DNA of 64,000 nt from Eledone cirrhosa (GCA_964016885.1 OZ024764.1:26908001-26972000), one strand, 5' to 3'; positions 37,101 to 50,760 are shown, counted from the first letter of the stretch. Made by a program: numbers and translations. Notes: generated by a model from the letters alone, not told the origin.

Positions 37101-40100
37101 AGCCACAGGGGCAGAGATGACCATAACATTACATGTCAGAATTATTAGCCACAGGGGCAGAGATGTCCATAACATTACATGTCAGAATCATTAGCCACAG
37201 GGGCAGAGATGTCCATAACATTACATGACAGAATTATTAGCCACAGGGGCAGAGATGACCATAACATTACATGACAATTATTAGCCACAGGGGCAGATAT
37301 GTCAATAACATTACATGACAGAGTTTCATCTCGCGCTCTCTCTCTCTCGTTTCATCTTGCGCTCTCTCTCTCTCGTTTCCTCTCGCTCTCTCTCTCTCTC
37401 GTTTCATCTTTGTCTTCCTCTCTCTCGTTCCATCTCTCTCTTCCTCTCTCTCGTTTCATCTTGCGCTCTCTCTCTCCCGTTTTATCTCGCTCTCTCTCTC
37501 TCTCTCGTTTCATCTCTGTCTTCCTCTCTCTCGTTCCATCTCTCTCTTCCTCTCTCTCTTCCTCTCTCTCGTTTCATCTCTATCTCCCTTGTTTCATCTC
37601 TCTCTCGCTCTCTCGTTTCATCTCGCTCTCTCTCTCCTGTTTCATCTCGCTCTCTCTCTCTCTCGTTTCATCTCTGTCTTCCTCTCTCTCGTTCCATCTC
37701 TGTCTTCCTCTCTCTCGTTCCATCTCTCTCTTCCTCTCTCTCGTTTCATCTCTATCTCCCTCGTTTCATCTCTCTCTCGCTCTCTCGTTTCATCTCTCTC
37801 TCCCTCTCGTTTCATCTCGCTCTCTCTCTCCTGTTTCATCTCGCTCTCTCTCTCTCCTGTTTCATCTCGCTCTCTACTCTCGTTTCCACTCTCTCTCGTT
37901 TCATCTCTCTCTCCCTCCCGTTTCATCTCGCTCTCCCTCTCTCGTTTCATCTCGCTCTCACTCTCTCGTTTCATCTCGTTCTCTCTCTGTCTCGTTTCAT
38001 CTCGCTCTCTCTCATTTCATCTCGCTCTCTCTCTCTCATTTCATCTCGCTCTCTCTCTCTCGTTTCATCTCGCTCACACTCTCTCATTTCATCTCGCTCT
38101 CTCTCTCTTGTTTCAACACTCTAATCCCTCACTTGTTTCATCTCTCTCAGAATTATTAGCCACAGGGCAGAGATGTCCATAACATTACATGTCAGAATCA
38201 TTAGCCACATGGGGCAGAGATGTCCATAACATTACATGCCAGAATTATTAGCCACAGGGGCAGAGATGTCCATAACATTACATGACAATTATTAGCCCCA
38301 TGGGCAGATATGTCCATAACATTACATGACAGAGTTTCATCTCGCTCTCTCTCTCTCTCGTTTCATCTCTGTCTTCCTCTCTCTCGTTCCATCTCTCTCT
38401 TGCTCTCTCTCGTTCCATCTCTATCCTCCTCTCTCTCGTTTCATCTCTATCTCCCTCCTTTCATCTGTCTCTCTCTCTGTCGTTTCATCTCGCGCTCTCT
38501 CTCTCTCGTTTCATCTCGCGCTCTCTCTCTCTCGTTTCATCTCGCGCTCTCTCTCACTCGTTTCATCTCGCTCTCTCTCTCTCTCGTTTCATCTCTGTCT
38601 TCCTCTCTCTCGTTCCATCTCTCTCTTCCTCTCTCTCGTTTCATCTCTATCTCCCTCGTTTCATCTCTCTCTCGCTCTCTCGTTTCATCTCTCTCTCCCT
38701 CTCGTTTCATCTCGCTCTCTACTCTCGTTTCCTCTCTCTCGTTTCCTCTCTGTCTCGTTCCATCCCACTCTCTCTCTCTCATTACATCTCGCTCACTCTG
38801 TCTCGTTTCATCTCGCTCTCTCTCTCTCTCGTTTCATCTTGCTCTCTCTCTCTCGTTTCATCTCGCTTCTCTCACTCTCGCGTTTCATCTCGTTCTCCCT
38901 GTCTCATTTCATCTCGCTCTCTCTCTTCCTCCCTCTCTCTTGTTTCAACACTCTAATCCCTCACTTGTTTTATCTCTCTCTAATCCCTCACTTGTTTCAT
39001 CTCTCTCAGAATTATTAGCCACAGGGGCAGAGATGTCCATAACATTACATGTCAGAATTATTAGCCACAGGGCAGAGATGTCCATAACATTACATGTCAG
39101 AATTATTAGCCACATGGGGCAGAGATGTCCATAACATTACATGCCAGAATTATTAGCCACAGGGGCAGAGATGTCCATAACATTACATGGCAGAATTATT
39201 AGCCACAGGGGCAGAGATGTCCATAACATTACATGACAGAATTATTAGCAACAGGGGCAGAGATGTCCATAACATTACATGTCAGAATTATTAGACACAG
39301 GGCAGAGATGTCCATAACATTACATGACAATTATTAGCCCCAAGGGCAGATATGTCCATAACATTACATGACAGAGTTTCATCTGGCGCTCTCTCTCTTC
39401 CTCTCTCTCGTTTCTTCTCGCTCTCTCTCTCTCTCGTTTCATCTCGCTCTCTCGTTTCATCTCGCTCTCTCTCGTTTCATCTCTGTCTTCCTCTCTCTCT
39501 TCCTCTCGCTCATTCCATCTCTCTCTTCCCCTCTCTCGTTTCATCTCGCGCTCTCTCTCTCTCGTTTCATCTCTCTCTCTCTCTCGTTTCATCTCAGTCT
39601 TCCTCTCTCTCGTTCCATCTCTCTCTTCCTCTCTCTTGTTTCATCTCTATATCCCTCGTTTCATCTCTCTCTCCCTCTCGTTTCATCTCGCGCTCTCTCT
39701 CCTGTTTCATCTCGCTCTCTACTCTCCTTTCCTCTCTCTCGTTTCCTCTCTGTCTCGTTCCATCCCGCTCTCTCTCTCTCTCATTACATCTCGCTCTCAC
39801 TCTCTCGTTTCATCTCGCTTCTCTCACTCTCGCGTTTCATCTCGCTCTCCCTGTCTCATTTCATCTCGCTCTCTCTCTCTCTTCCTCTCTCTCTCTTGTT
39901 TCAACACTCTAATCCCTCACTTGTTTTATCTCTCTCTAATCCCTCACGTGTTTCATCTCTCTCAGAATTATTAGCCACAGGGGCAGAGATGTCCATAACA
40001 TTACATGTCAGAATTATTAGCCACAGGGCAGAGATGTCCATAACATTACATGTCAGAATTATTAACCACAGGGGCAGAGATGTCCATAACATTACATGAC

Positions 40101-43100
40101 AGAATTATTAGCCACAGGGGCAGAGATGACTATAACATTACATGACAATTACTAGCCACAGGCGCAGATATGTCAATAACATTACATGACAGAGTTTCAT
40201 CTCGCGCTCTCTCTCTCTCGTTTCATCTTGCGCTCTCTCTCTCCCGTTTCATCTCGCTCTCTCTCTCTCTCGTTTCATCTCTGTCTTCCTCTCTCTCGTT
40301 CCATCTCTCTCTTCCTCTCTCTCGTTCCATCTCTCTCTTCCTCTCTCTCGTTTCATCTCTATCTCCCTTGTTTCATCTCTCTCTCGCTCGCTCGTTTCAT
40401 CTCTCTCTCCCTCTCGTTTCATCTCGCTCTCTCTCTCCTGTTTCATCTCGCTCTCTCTCTCTCTCGTTTCATCTCTGTCTTCCTCTCTCTCTTCCACTCT
40501 CTCGTTTCATCTCTCTCTCCCTCGTTTCATCTCTCTCTCGCTCTCTCGTTTCATCTCTCTCTCCCTCCCGTTTCATCTCGCTCTCTCTCTCCTGTTTCAT
40601 CTCGCTCTCTCTCTCTCCTGTTTCATCTCGCTCTCTACTCTCGTTTCCACTCTCTCTCGTTTCATCTCTCTCTCCCTCCAGTTTCATCTCGCTCTCTCTC
40701 TCTCGTTTCATCTCGCTCTCGCTCTCTCGTTTCATCTCTCTCTCCCTCTCGTTTCATCTCGCTCTCTCTCTCCTGTTTCATCTCGCTCTCTCTCTCTCTC
40801 GTTTCATCTCTGTCTTCCTCTCTCTCGTTCCATCTCTGTCTTCCTCTCTCTCGTTCCATCTCTCTCTTCCTCTCTCTCGTTTCATCTCTATCTCCCTCGT
40901 TTCATCTCTCTCTCGCTCTCTCGTTTCATCTCTCTCTCCCTCTCGTTTCATCTCGCTCTCTCTCTCCTGTTTCATCTCGCTCTCTCTCTCTCCTGTTTCA
41001 TCTCGCTCTCTACTCTCGTTTCCACTCTCTCTCGTTTCATCTCTCTCTCCCTCCCGTTTCATCTCGCTCTCCCTCTCTCGTTTCATCTCGCTCTCACTCT
41101 CTCGTTTCATCTCGTTCTCTCTCTGTCTCGTTTCATCTCGCTCTCTCTCATTTCATCTCGCTCTCTCTCTCTCATTTCATCTCGCTCTCTCTCTCTCGTT
41201 TCATCTCGCTCACACTCTCTCATTTCATCTCGCTCTCTCTCTCTTGTTTCAACACTCTAATCCCTCACTTGTTTCATCTCTCTCAGAATTATTAGCCACA
41301 GGGCAGAGATGTCCATAACATTACATGTCAGAATCATTAGCCACATGGGGCAGAGATGTCCATAACATTACATGCCAGAATTATTAGCCACAGGGGCAGA
41401 GATGTCCATAACATTACATGACAATTATTAGCCCCATGGGCAGATATGTCCATAACATTACATGACAGAGTTTCATCTCGCTCTCTCTCTCTCTCGTTTC
41501 ATCTCTGTCTTCCTCTCTCTCGTTCCATCTCTCTCTTGCTCTCTCTCGTTCCATCTCTATCCTCCTCTCTCTCGTTTCATCTCTATCTCCCTCCTTTCAT
41601 CTGTCTCTCTCTCTGTCGTTTCATCTCGTGCTCTCTCTCTCTCGTTTCATCTCGCGCTCTCTCTCTCTCGTTTCATCTCGCGCTCTCTCTCACTCGTTTC
41701 ATCTCGCTCTCTCTCTCTCTCGTTTCATCTCTGTCTTCCTCTCTCTCGTTCCATCTCTCTCTTCCTCTCTCTCGTTTCATCTCTATCTCCCTCGTTTCAT
41801 CTCTCTCTCGCTCTCTCGTTTCATCTCTCTCTCCCTCTCGTTTCATCTCGCTCTCTACTCTCGTTTCCTCTCTCTCGTTTCCTCTCTGTCTCGTTCCATC
41901 CCACTCTCTCTCTCTCATTACATCTCGCTCACTCTGTCTCGTTTCATCTCGCTCTCTCTCTCTCTCGTTTCATCTTGCTCTCTCTCTCTCGTTTCATCTC
42001 GCTTCTCTCACTCTCGCGTTTCATCTCGTTCTCCCTGTCTCATTTCATCTCGCTCTCTCTCTTCCTCCCTCTCTCTTGTTTCAACACTCTAATCCCTCAC
42101 TTGTTTTATCTCTCTCTAATCCCTCACTTGTTTCATCTCTCTCAGAATTATTAGCCACAGGGGCAGAGATGTCCATAACATTACATGTCAGAATTATTAG
42201 CCACAGGGCAGAGATGTCCATAACATTACATGTCAGAATTATTAGCCACATGGGGCAGAGATGTCCATAACATTACATGCCAGAATTATTAGCCACAGGG
42301 GCAGAGATGTCCATAACATTACATGGCAGAATTATTAGCCACAGGGGCAGAGATGTCCATAACATTACATGACAGAATTATTAGCAACAGGGGCAGAGAT
42401 GTCCATAACATTACATGTCAGAATTATTAGACACAGGGCAGAGATGTCCATAACATTACATGTCAGAATTATTAGCCACAGGGGCAGAGATGTCCATAAC
42501 ATTACATGTCAGAATTATTAGCCACAGGGGCCGAGATGTCCATAACATTACATGAAAGAATTATTAGCCACAGGGGCAGAGATGTCCATAACATTACATG
42601 ACAGAATTATTAGCCACAGGGGCAGAGATGTCCATAACATTACATGACAATTATTAGCCCCAAGGGCAGATATGTCCATAACATTACATGACAGAGTTTC
42701 ATCTGGCGCTCTCTCTCTTCCTCTCTCTCGTTTCTTCTCGCTCTCTCTCTCTCTCGTTTCATCTCGCTCTCTCGTTTCATCTCGCTCTCTCTCGTTTCAT
42801 CTCTGTCTTCCTCTCTCTCTTCCTCTCGCTCATTCCATCTCTCTCTTCCCCTCTCTCGTTTCATCTCGCGCTCTCTCTCTCTCGTTTCATCTCTCTCTCT
42901 CTCTCGTTTCATCTCAGTCTTCCTCTCTCTCGTTCCATCTCTCTCTTCCTCTCTCTTGTTTCATCTCTATATCCCTCGTTTCATCTCTCTCTCCCTCTCG
43001 TTTCATCTCGCGCTCTCTCTCCTGTTTCATCTCGCTCTCTACTCTCCTTTCCTCTCTCTCGTTTCCTCTCTGTCTCGTTCCATCCCGCTCTCTCTCTCTC

Positions 43101-46100
43101 TCTCATTACATCTCGCTCTCTCTGTCTTGTTTCATCTCGCTCTCTCTCTCTCTCGTTTCATCTCGCTCTCACTCTCTCGTTTCATCTCGCTTCTCTCACT
43201 CTCGCGTTTCATCTCGCTCTCCCTGTCTCATTTCATCTCGCTCTCTCTTTCTCTTCCTCTCTCTCTCTTGTTTCAACATTCTAATCCCTCACTTGTTTTA
43301 TCTCTCTCTAATCCCTCACGTGTTTCATCTCTCTCAGAATTATTAGCCACAGGGGCAGAGATGTCCATAACATTACATGTCAGAATTATTAGCCACAGGG
43401 CAGAGATGTCCATAACATTACATGTCAGAATTATTAACCACAGGGGCAGAGATGTCCATAACATTACATGACAGAATTATTAGCCACAGGGGCAGAGATG
43501 ACTATAACATTACATGACAATTACTAGCCACAGGCGCAGATATGTCAATAACATTACATGACAGAGTTTCATCTCGCGCTCTCTCTCTCTCGTTTCATCT
43601 TGCGCTCTCTCTCTCCCGTTTCATCTCGCTCTCTCTCTCTCTCGTTTCATCTCTGTCTTCCTCTCTCTCGTTCCATCTCTCTCTTCCTCTCTCTCGTTCC
43701 ATCTCTCTCTTCCTCTCTCTCGTTTCATCTCTATCTCCCTTGTTTCATCTCTCTCTCGCTCGCTCGTTTCATCTCTCTCTCCCTCTCGTTTCATCTCGCT
43801 CTCTCTCTCCTGTTTCATCTCGCTCTCTCTCTCTCTCGTTTCATCTCTGTCTTCCTCTCTCTCTTCCACTCTCTCGTTTCATCTCTCTCTCCCTCGTTTC
43901 ATCTCTCTCTCGCTCTCTCGTTTCATCTCTCTCTCCCTCCCGTTTCATCTCGCTCTCTCTCTCCTGTTTCATCTCGCTCTCTCTCTCTCCTGTTTCATCT
44001 CGCTCTCTACTCTCGTTTCCACTCTCTCTCGTTTCATCTCTCTCTCCCTCCCGTTTCATCTCGCTCTCTCTCTCTCGTTTCATCTCGCTCTCACTCTCTC
44101 GTTTCATCTCGTTCTCTCTCTGTCTCGTTTCATCTCGCTCTCTCTCTCTCATTTCATCTCGCTCTCTCTCTCTCATTTCATCTCGCTCTCTCTCTCTCGT
44201 TTCATCTCGCTCTCACTCTCTCGTTTCATCTCGCTCCCACTCTCTCGTTTCATCTCGCTCTCCCTGTCTCGTTTCATCTCGCTCACACTCTCTCATTTCA
44301 TCTCGCTCTCTCTCTCTTGTTTCAACACTCTAATCCCTCACTTGTTTCATCTCTCTCAGAATTATTAGCCACAGGGGCAGAGATGACCATAACATTACAT
44401 GTCAGAATTATTAGCCACAGGGGCAGAGATGTCCATAACATTACATGACAGAATTATTAGCCACAGGGGCAGAGATGACCATAACATTACATGACAATTA
44501 TTAGCCACAGGGGCAGATATGTCAATAACATTACATGACAGAGTTTCATCTCGCGCTCTCTCTCTCTCGTTTCATCTTGCGCTCTCTCTCTCTCGTTTCC
44601 TCTCGCTCTCTCTCTCTCACGTTTCATCTCTGTCTTCCTCTCTCTCGTTCCATCTCTCTCTTCCTCTCTCTCGTTCCATCTCTCTCTTCCTCTCTCTCGT
44701 TTCATCTTTATCTCCCTCCTTTCATCTGTCTCTCTCTCTGTCGTTTCATCTCGCGCTCTCTCTCTCTCGTTTCATCTCGCGCTCTCTCTCTCTCATTTCA
44801 TCTCGCTCTCTCTCTCTCTCGTTTCATCTCTGTCTTCCTCTCTCTCTCTTCCTCTCTCTCATTCCATCTCTCTCTTCCTCTCTCTCGTTTCATCTCTATC
44901 TCCCTCGTTTCATCTCTCTCTCGCTCTCTCGTTTCATCTCTCTCTCCCTCTCGTTTCATCTCGCTCTCTCTCTTCTGTTTCATCTCGCTCTCTACTCTCG
45001 TCTCCTCTCTCTCGTTTCCTCTCTGTCTCGTTTCATCTCGCTCTCCCTGTCTCATTTCATCTCGCTCTCTCTCTCTCTCTTCCTCTCTCTCTCTTGTTTC
45101 AACACTCTAATCCCTCACTTGTTTTATCTCTCTCTAATCCCTCACTTGTTTCATCTCTCTTAGAATTATTAGCCACAGGGACAGAGATGTCCATAACATT
45201 ACATGTCAGAATTATTAGCCACAGGGGCAGAGATGTCCATAACATTACATGACAGAATTATTAGCCACAGGGGCAGAGATGTCCATAACATTACATGACA
45301 GAATTATTAGCCACAGGGGCAGAGATGTCCATAACATTACATGACAATTATTAGCCCCAAGGGCAGATATGTCCATAACATTACATGACAGAGTTTCATC
45401 TCGCTCTTTCTCTCTCTCGTTTCATCTCTGTCTTCCTCTCTCTCGTTCCATCTCTCTCTTGCTCTCTCTCATTCCATCTCTATCTTCCTCTCTCTCGTTT
45501 CATCTCTATCTCCCTCCTTTCATCTGTCTCTGTCTCTGTCGTTTCATCTCGCGCTCTCTCTCTCTCGTTTCATCTCGCGCTCTCTCTCTCTCGTTTCATC
45601 TCGCGCTCTCTCTCTCTCGTTTCATCTCGCTCTCTCTCTCTCTCGTTTCATCTCTTTCTTCCTCTCTCTCGTTCCATCTCTCTCTTTCTCTCTCTCGTTT
45701 CATCTCTATCTCCCTCGTTTCATCTCTCTCTCGCTCTCTCGTTTCATCTCTCTCTCCCTCTCGTTTCATCTCGCTCTCTACTCTCGTTTCCTCTCTCTCG
45801 TTTCCTCTCTGTCTCGTTCCATCCCGCTCTCTCTCTCTCTCTCTCATTACATCTCGCTCTCTCTGTCTCGTTTCATCTCGCTCTCTCTCTCTCTCGTTTC
45901 ATCTCGCTCTCACTCTCTCGTTTCATCTCGCTCTCTCGTTTCATCTCGCTCTCTCTCGTTTCATCTCTGTCTTCCTCTCTCTCGTTCCATCTCTCTCTTC
46001 CTCTCGCTCGTTCCATCTCTCTCTTCCTCTCTCTCGTTTCATCTCTATCTCCCTCCTTTCATCTGTCTCTCTCTCTGTCGTTTCATCTCGCGCTCTCTCT

Positions 46101-46884
46101 CTCTCGTTTCATCTCGCGCTCTCTCTCTCTCGTTTCATCTCTCTCTCTCTCTCGTTTCATCTCTGTCTTCCTCTCTCTCGTTCCATCTCTCTCTTCCTCT
46201 CTCTCGTTTCATCTCTATCTCCCTCGTTTCATCTCTCTCTCCCTCTCGTTTCATCTCGCTCTCTCTCTCCTGTTTCATCTCGCTCTCTACTCTCGTTTCC
46301 TTACTCTCGTTTCCTCTCTCTCTCGTTTCCTCTCTGTCTCGTTCCATCCCGCTCTCTCTCTCTCTCATTACATCTCGCTCTCTCTGTCTCGTTTCAACTC
46401 GCTCTCTCTCTCTCTCGTTTCATCTCGCTCTCACTCTCTCGTTTCATATCGCTTCTCTCACTCTCGCGTTTCATCTCGCTCTCCCTGTCTCATTTCATCT
46501 CGCTCTCTCTCTCTCTTCCTCTCTCTCTCTTGTTTCAACACTCTAATCCCTCACTTGTTTTATCTCTCTCTAATCCCCCACGTGTTTCATCTCTCTCAGA
46601 ATTATTAGCCACAGGGGCAGAGATGTCCATAACATTACATGTCAGAATTATTAGCCACAGGGCAGAGATGTCCATAACATTACATGTCAGAATTATTAAC
46701 CACAGGGGCAGAGATGTCCATAACATTACATGACAGAATTATTAGCCACAGGGGCAGAGATGTCCATAACATAACATGACAGAATTATTAGCCACAGGGG
46801 CAGAGATGTCCATAACATTACATGACAGAATTATTAGCCACAGGGGCAGATATGTCCATAACATTACATGACAGAGTTTCATCT
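34193..46884 (-). repeat. Composite satellite array, CT orientation, ~12.7 kb with a ~3.1-3.4-kb duplication
   Basis: Paired near-identical blocks start at 38310/41446, 39352/42672 and 40170/43542. Confidence 0.97.
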
Positions 46885-46923
46885 GGTTGGAGTAATAACA
46901 GTCTTGTTTATGTATATACACAC

Positions 46924-46956
<33 letters not shown>

Positions 46957-47061
46957 TGTTTGTTCTTGTATTTCTATAGAAAAGGTAAAGAAAAGAAGAA
47001 TGCTCTATGTATTGTACAGAGCTATTTAATTACATAATAAACAACAGAATATAATTATTCC

Positions 47062-49417
47062 ATGCAAATAGACTTAGAATGGAAAACATTCAGACAGAGA
47101 AGAATGGATAATGAGCGTCATAAGAGAAATTGGCCAACAATTAATATTAATGGAAATCTAGAAGAATTTCATATTAGTGATATGAATGTTTCGTGTGATC
47201 ACTGTGAAGCTTTGAAATTTAGAAATGAAAATTCTAACTGTTGTAATAAAGGAAAGGTTGTGTTGCCACCATTGCAAATATACCCCGAGAGACTGAGAAA
47301 TCTCTTTGAAAGAGGCCAGGAAGCAGTTGATTTCACAGAAACGTCTGCAATTAAAACTATATTTATTTCACTTCATTTGGTGTTACCACCCGGCAGAGGC
47401 CCGTATAGCTTTCATATTCAGGGTCAAACATATCACTACACCCCCACCTCTGTAACCTGCAGAAAATACACCACAATATGGCCAGTTATATATTATTGAT
47501 GGGAACGAAGGTGTGTAGCACAGATTGGAAGTACGACCAAATAATTGTTTCTGGCCCAAGGCCAGCAATTACTGGTACTTTATTCTATCGACCTCATAAG
47601 GATGAAAACAAAGTCAACCTTGGAGGGATTTGAACCCAGAACGTAAAGGGCCATAACCCTATGCTGCAAAGCATGGTGTCTGACGCTCTACCGATACTGC
47701 CAATCCACCGCCCTAGTACCAACAAATAATGAGTGCTCACCACAAAAAATGGCTATGATAAGAGAGGTGTTGCATGAATGTAATCCATATGTCGAATTGT
47801 ACAATACAATGCATGGCATCAAACAGCAAAGTGCAAGAAGAGAAAATTGTCGTGTACAGAACTGTGAATTAAGATTTAGAAGAGGATCAGATATGAGCTG
47901 CTATAATTTACCAACTAGTAATGATAGCTGTTGTTTTGTGGGGGATTGAGGGCAGACCACCTGTACAAAGAGATATTATCATCTTTCCTAAAGACCATCC
48001 TCCTCAGAAAATATCACATAATTCATGCCACTTGGACCTCATGACCGACCCATAATGGTGAATTTTGGTGGCATAGTGACATGGAGAGGAATGCAGGACC
48101 TGTGTTTGCAATAGACTGACAATGCAGGAGTATTACATATACAGTATAGCATATAGAGGAGGATTTAGTGCGATATATAGGGCAGGTAAATTATTTTAGC
48201 AGTATTTAGTGGAAGCCTATATGAAAGTAGAGGGATGCAGGCTTCAATATTTGAGGAACAATCAAGCCCAATTGTGAGTGGATGAGTATAATGGTTTAAT
48301 GAATTATCTAAACAGATGATAACACTGAGCCTTAAGAAATGAAGACAAGATAAGAAACAGAGAAGACATTGACAGAATCGTGTCAGCAGAAATACCTGCA
48401 TTGGAAGATGATCAAGTACTACATGAGCAGGTTTAAAAGTTTATGATCCACGGGCCATGTGGTTCTGGAAACCCTTTTCCCCCATTTATACAAAATGGAT
48501 TTTTCCAAAAGAACTATCCAAAAACCTACAGAAGGGAAACATTATTGAACCTAAATGGATACCCAGAGTACAGGAGGTGCAAGACAGGAACTGCAGTGTA
48601 AATTGGATGACATTCAGTAGATAACAGGAATGTTGTGCCATTTAATGCCTTTTTGCTTAAGAAATATTGTGCACATATTAATGTTGAAGTTTGCGCTTCT
48701 GTAAAAAGTGTCAAGTACCTCTTTAAATATGTTACATGGGGCATGATTGTACATCTATAGAAGTAACGAATAATGCATTACCTAATGAGGCTCAGAACCA
48801 ACACAACCATGATGAAATAAGAACCTATCTTTGTTGCAGGTATGTGTCTCAGCCAGAAGCAGTGTCGTGTCTGTCCGAATTTAAGCTTCATGGTACATCA
48901 CATACATTATACAGCCTAGCCACACACCTGGAGAACAAACACAGTTTACTTTCAAAGAGGCAATGCTCAGGTTGTGGTAGAAATGCAGGGACCCTTGCTG
49001 CCTGGTTCAAGCTAAATGAACTTGCTTACACCTTCTGGGATGCCGCCTCACAAACTCCAATTAAAAGCAGGATCAATAATAATGCTTCTATGGAATATTT
49101 CAATCCAGAACAGATTATGTAATGGCACAAGATTAGAAGTAGTAGAACTGCATAAACATTTTATCAAAGCTTCTCATATCTATGGTCCTTTGATGGGCAG
49201 GTGTGTTTTGATCCCAAGACTGAAGTTAGCCCCCAGTGGTGCCAACATCCTTTTTACTTTGGAAAGACCCCAGTTTCCATTAAGACTGTCATATGCCATG
49301 ACAATCAACAAGAACCATGGTCAAATACATGATAAAGTGGGTCTGTTCCTCCCTGAGCAAGTATTTAACCCTGGACAATTGTATGTTGCTTTTTCAAGAG
49401 TTCACAGACAGATGTAA
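47062..49417 (+). pseudogene. Internally deleted Helitron Rep-Hel pseudogene (copy B; lacks the satellite insert)
   Basis: N-terminal Zn-finger motif, YNLPTSND, IDRIVSAEIP, MIHGPCG, HINVEVCASVKSVKYLFKYV (Rep motif 3), DEIRTYLCCRYVS, and PIF1 C-terminus MPPHKLQLK..CNGTRL..QFPLRLSYAMTINK..GQLYVAFSRV. Many stops and frameshifts. Confidence 0.93.
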
Positions 49418-49429
49418 AAATTAATCCTA

Positions 49430-49780
49430 GCAAACCCCCACCACTCCTACAACTGTTAGCTGTTAGCCCACCCCCAGCACCACCCAACCTCCGTTCTAGT
49501 CCCACCGTTAGAACCAATGCTGCTTACCCTGCCTCTTTTACTAGTTCACTCCGTCGCTCGAATTTCAAAGCTGGCCCTCTACACTTGGTCGTTGCCAGCT
49601 CACCACCTGGTTGTGCTCTCTGTGTCCGCACTAGCCGGTACCTAAACACAATAAAATGTCACCTGTGCTACCAAAACTACCACAGGAACTCTGTCGGCAT
49701 CAGCAAGGCTCAAGCCGAAAGGCTTCAATACTAGACCTGTAATCAGGGCCACTTTACCTCCGACGACCAGCTTTCTACCG
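49430..49780 (+). pseudogene. Degenerate PHD-finger coding relic, probably the 5' part of a non-LTR retrotransposon ORF
   Basis: From 49612: CALCVRTSRYLNTIKCHLCYQNYHRNSVGISKAQAERLQY*TCNQG. Single-base changes (TCT>TGT, TAG>TGG, GGC>TGC) restore C4HC3 and the conserved Trp. Confidence 0.6.
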
Positions 49781-49989
49781 AGTGTGTGTTGATGGAGGGG
49801 ACATGAGACCAGCAAAGTCCTAGGAGTAGAGACTAGTAAATAATAAACGGTCCTAGCTATGTTAAGAATATATATAAGAAAAATGTTCTATACATTTAAG
49901 AAGACAAGAGAAATAAATATTTACCTCTTTCATGTAGGTAATATAGCGGTGTTATAAAAGTATAATAACTGATGCGGGTAGTTTGTTTC

Positions 49990-50632
49990 AAACTATAACA
50001 CATATAACTCTATCAGTGAAGCCCTTTAGTATAGGTCAACTGGGAAACTATAACACATATAACCCTATCAGTGAAGTCCTTTAGTATAGGTCAACTGGGA
50101 AACTATAACACATATAACCCTATCAGTGAAGTCCTTTAGTATAGGTCAACTGGGAAACTATAACATATATAACCCTATCAGTGAAGTCCTTTAGTATAGG
50201 TCAACTGGGAAACTATAACACATATAACCCTATCAGTGAAGTCCTTTAGTATAGGTCAACTGGGAAACTATAACACATATAACCCTATCAGTGAAGCCCT
50301 CTGGGAAACTATAACACATATAACTCTATCAGTGAAGCCCTTTAGTATAGGTCAACTGGGAAACTATAACACATATAACCCTATCAGTGAAGTCCTTTAG
50401 TATAGGTCAACTGGGAAATTATAACACATATAACCCTATCAGTGAAGTCCTTTAGTATAGGTCAACTGGGAAACTATAACACATATAACCCTATCAGTGA
50501 AGTCCTTTAGTATAGGTCAACTGGGAAACTATAACACATATAACCCTATCAGTGAAGTCCTTTAGTATAGGTCAACTGGGAAATTATAACACATATAACC
50601 CTATCAGTGAAGTCCTTTAGTATAGGTCAACT
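49990..50632 (+). repeat. 55-bp tandem repeat, ~12 copies
   Basis: AAACTATAACACATATAACCCTATCAGTGAAGTCCTTTAGTATAGGTCAACTGGG at 50045, 50100, 50155 and onward. One unit is shortened to 41 bp (50265-50305). Confidence 0.97.
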
Positions 50633-50689
50633 AACAGAAGTATTACGGGTATGGAAAAAATTCTAAATAAGCCTACAAGAGTCATTGCG

Positions 50690-50760
50690 GGCCACTCTGA
50701 CTGGTCAGGTGGGCTCGATTGTGGCCCGCGGGCCGCCTGTTGTACGCCCCTCCTTTAGAC
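50690..50760. mobile_element. hAT-like terminal fragment
   Basis: TGGCCCGCGGGCCGCCTGTTGTACGCCCCTC followed by CTTTAGAC resembles hAT ends (GGCCCGCGGGCCG...CCCCTG plus an NTNTAGAN target). Confidence 0.55.

Noticed and set aside
1305-46733. Many long S/L/R/F/H-rich and E/R-rich ORFs up to ~500 aa
   Set aside because: They overlap in several frames, arise because the CT-rich strand lacks stop codons, and their frame is not conserved between repeat copies.
49420-49840. CTAG motifs after the helicase fragment as the Helitron 3' end
   Set aside because: No convincing GC-rich subterminal hairpin precedes them.
49990-50632. CCCTATCAGTGA resembles part of the tetO operator, so the array could be a synthetic TRE
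   Set aside because: Only 12 bp match and the palindromic second half (TAGAGA) is missing. No vector sequence is nearby.
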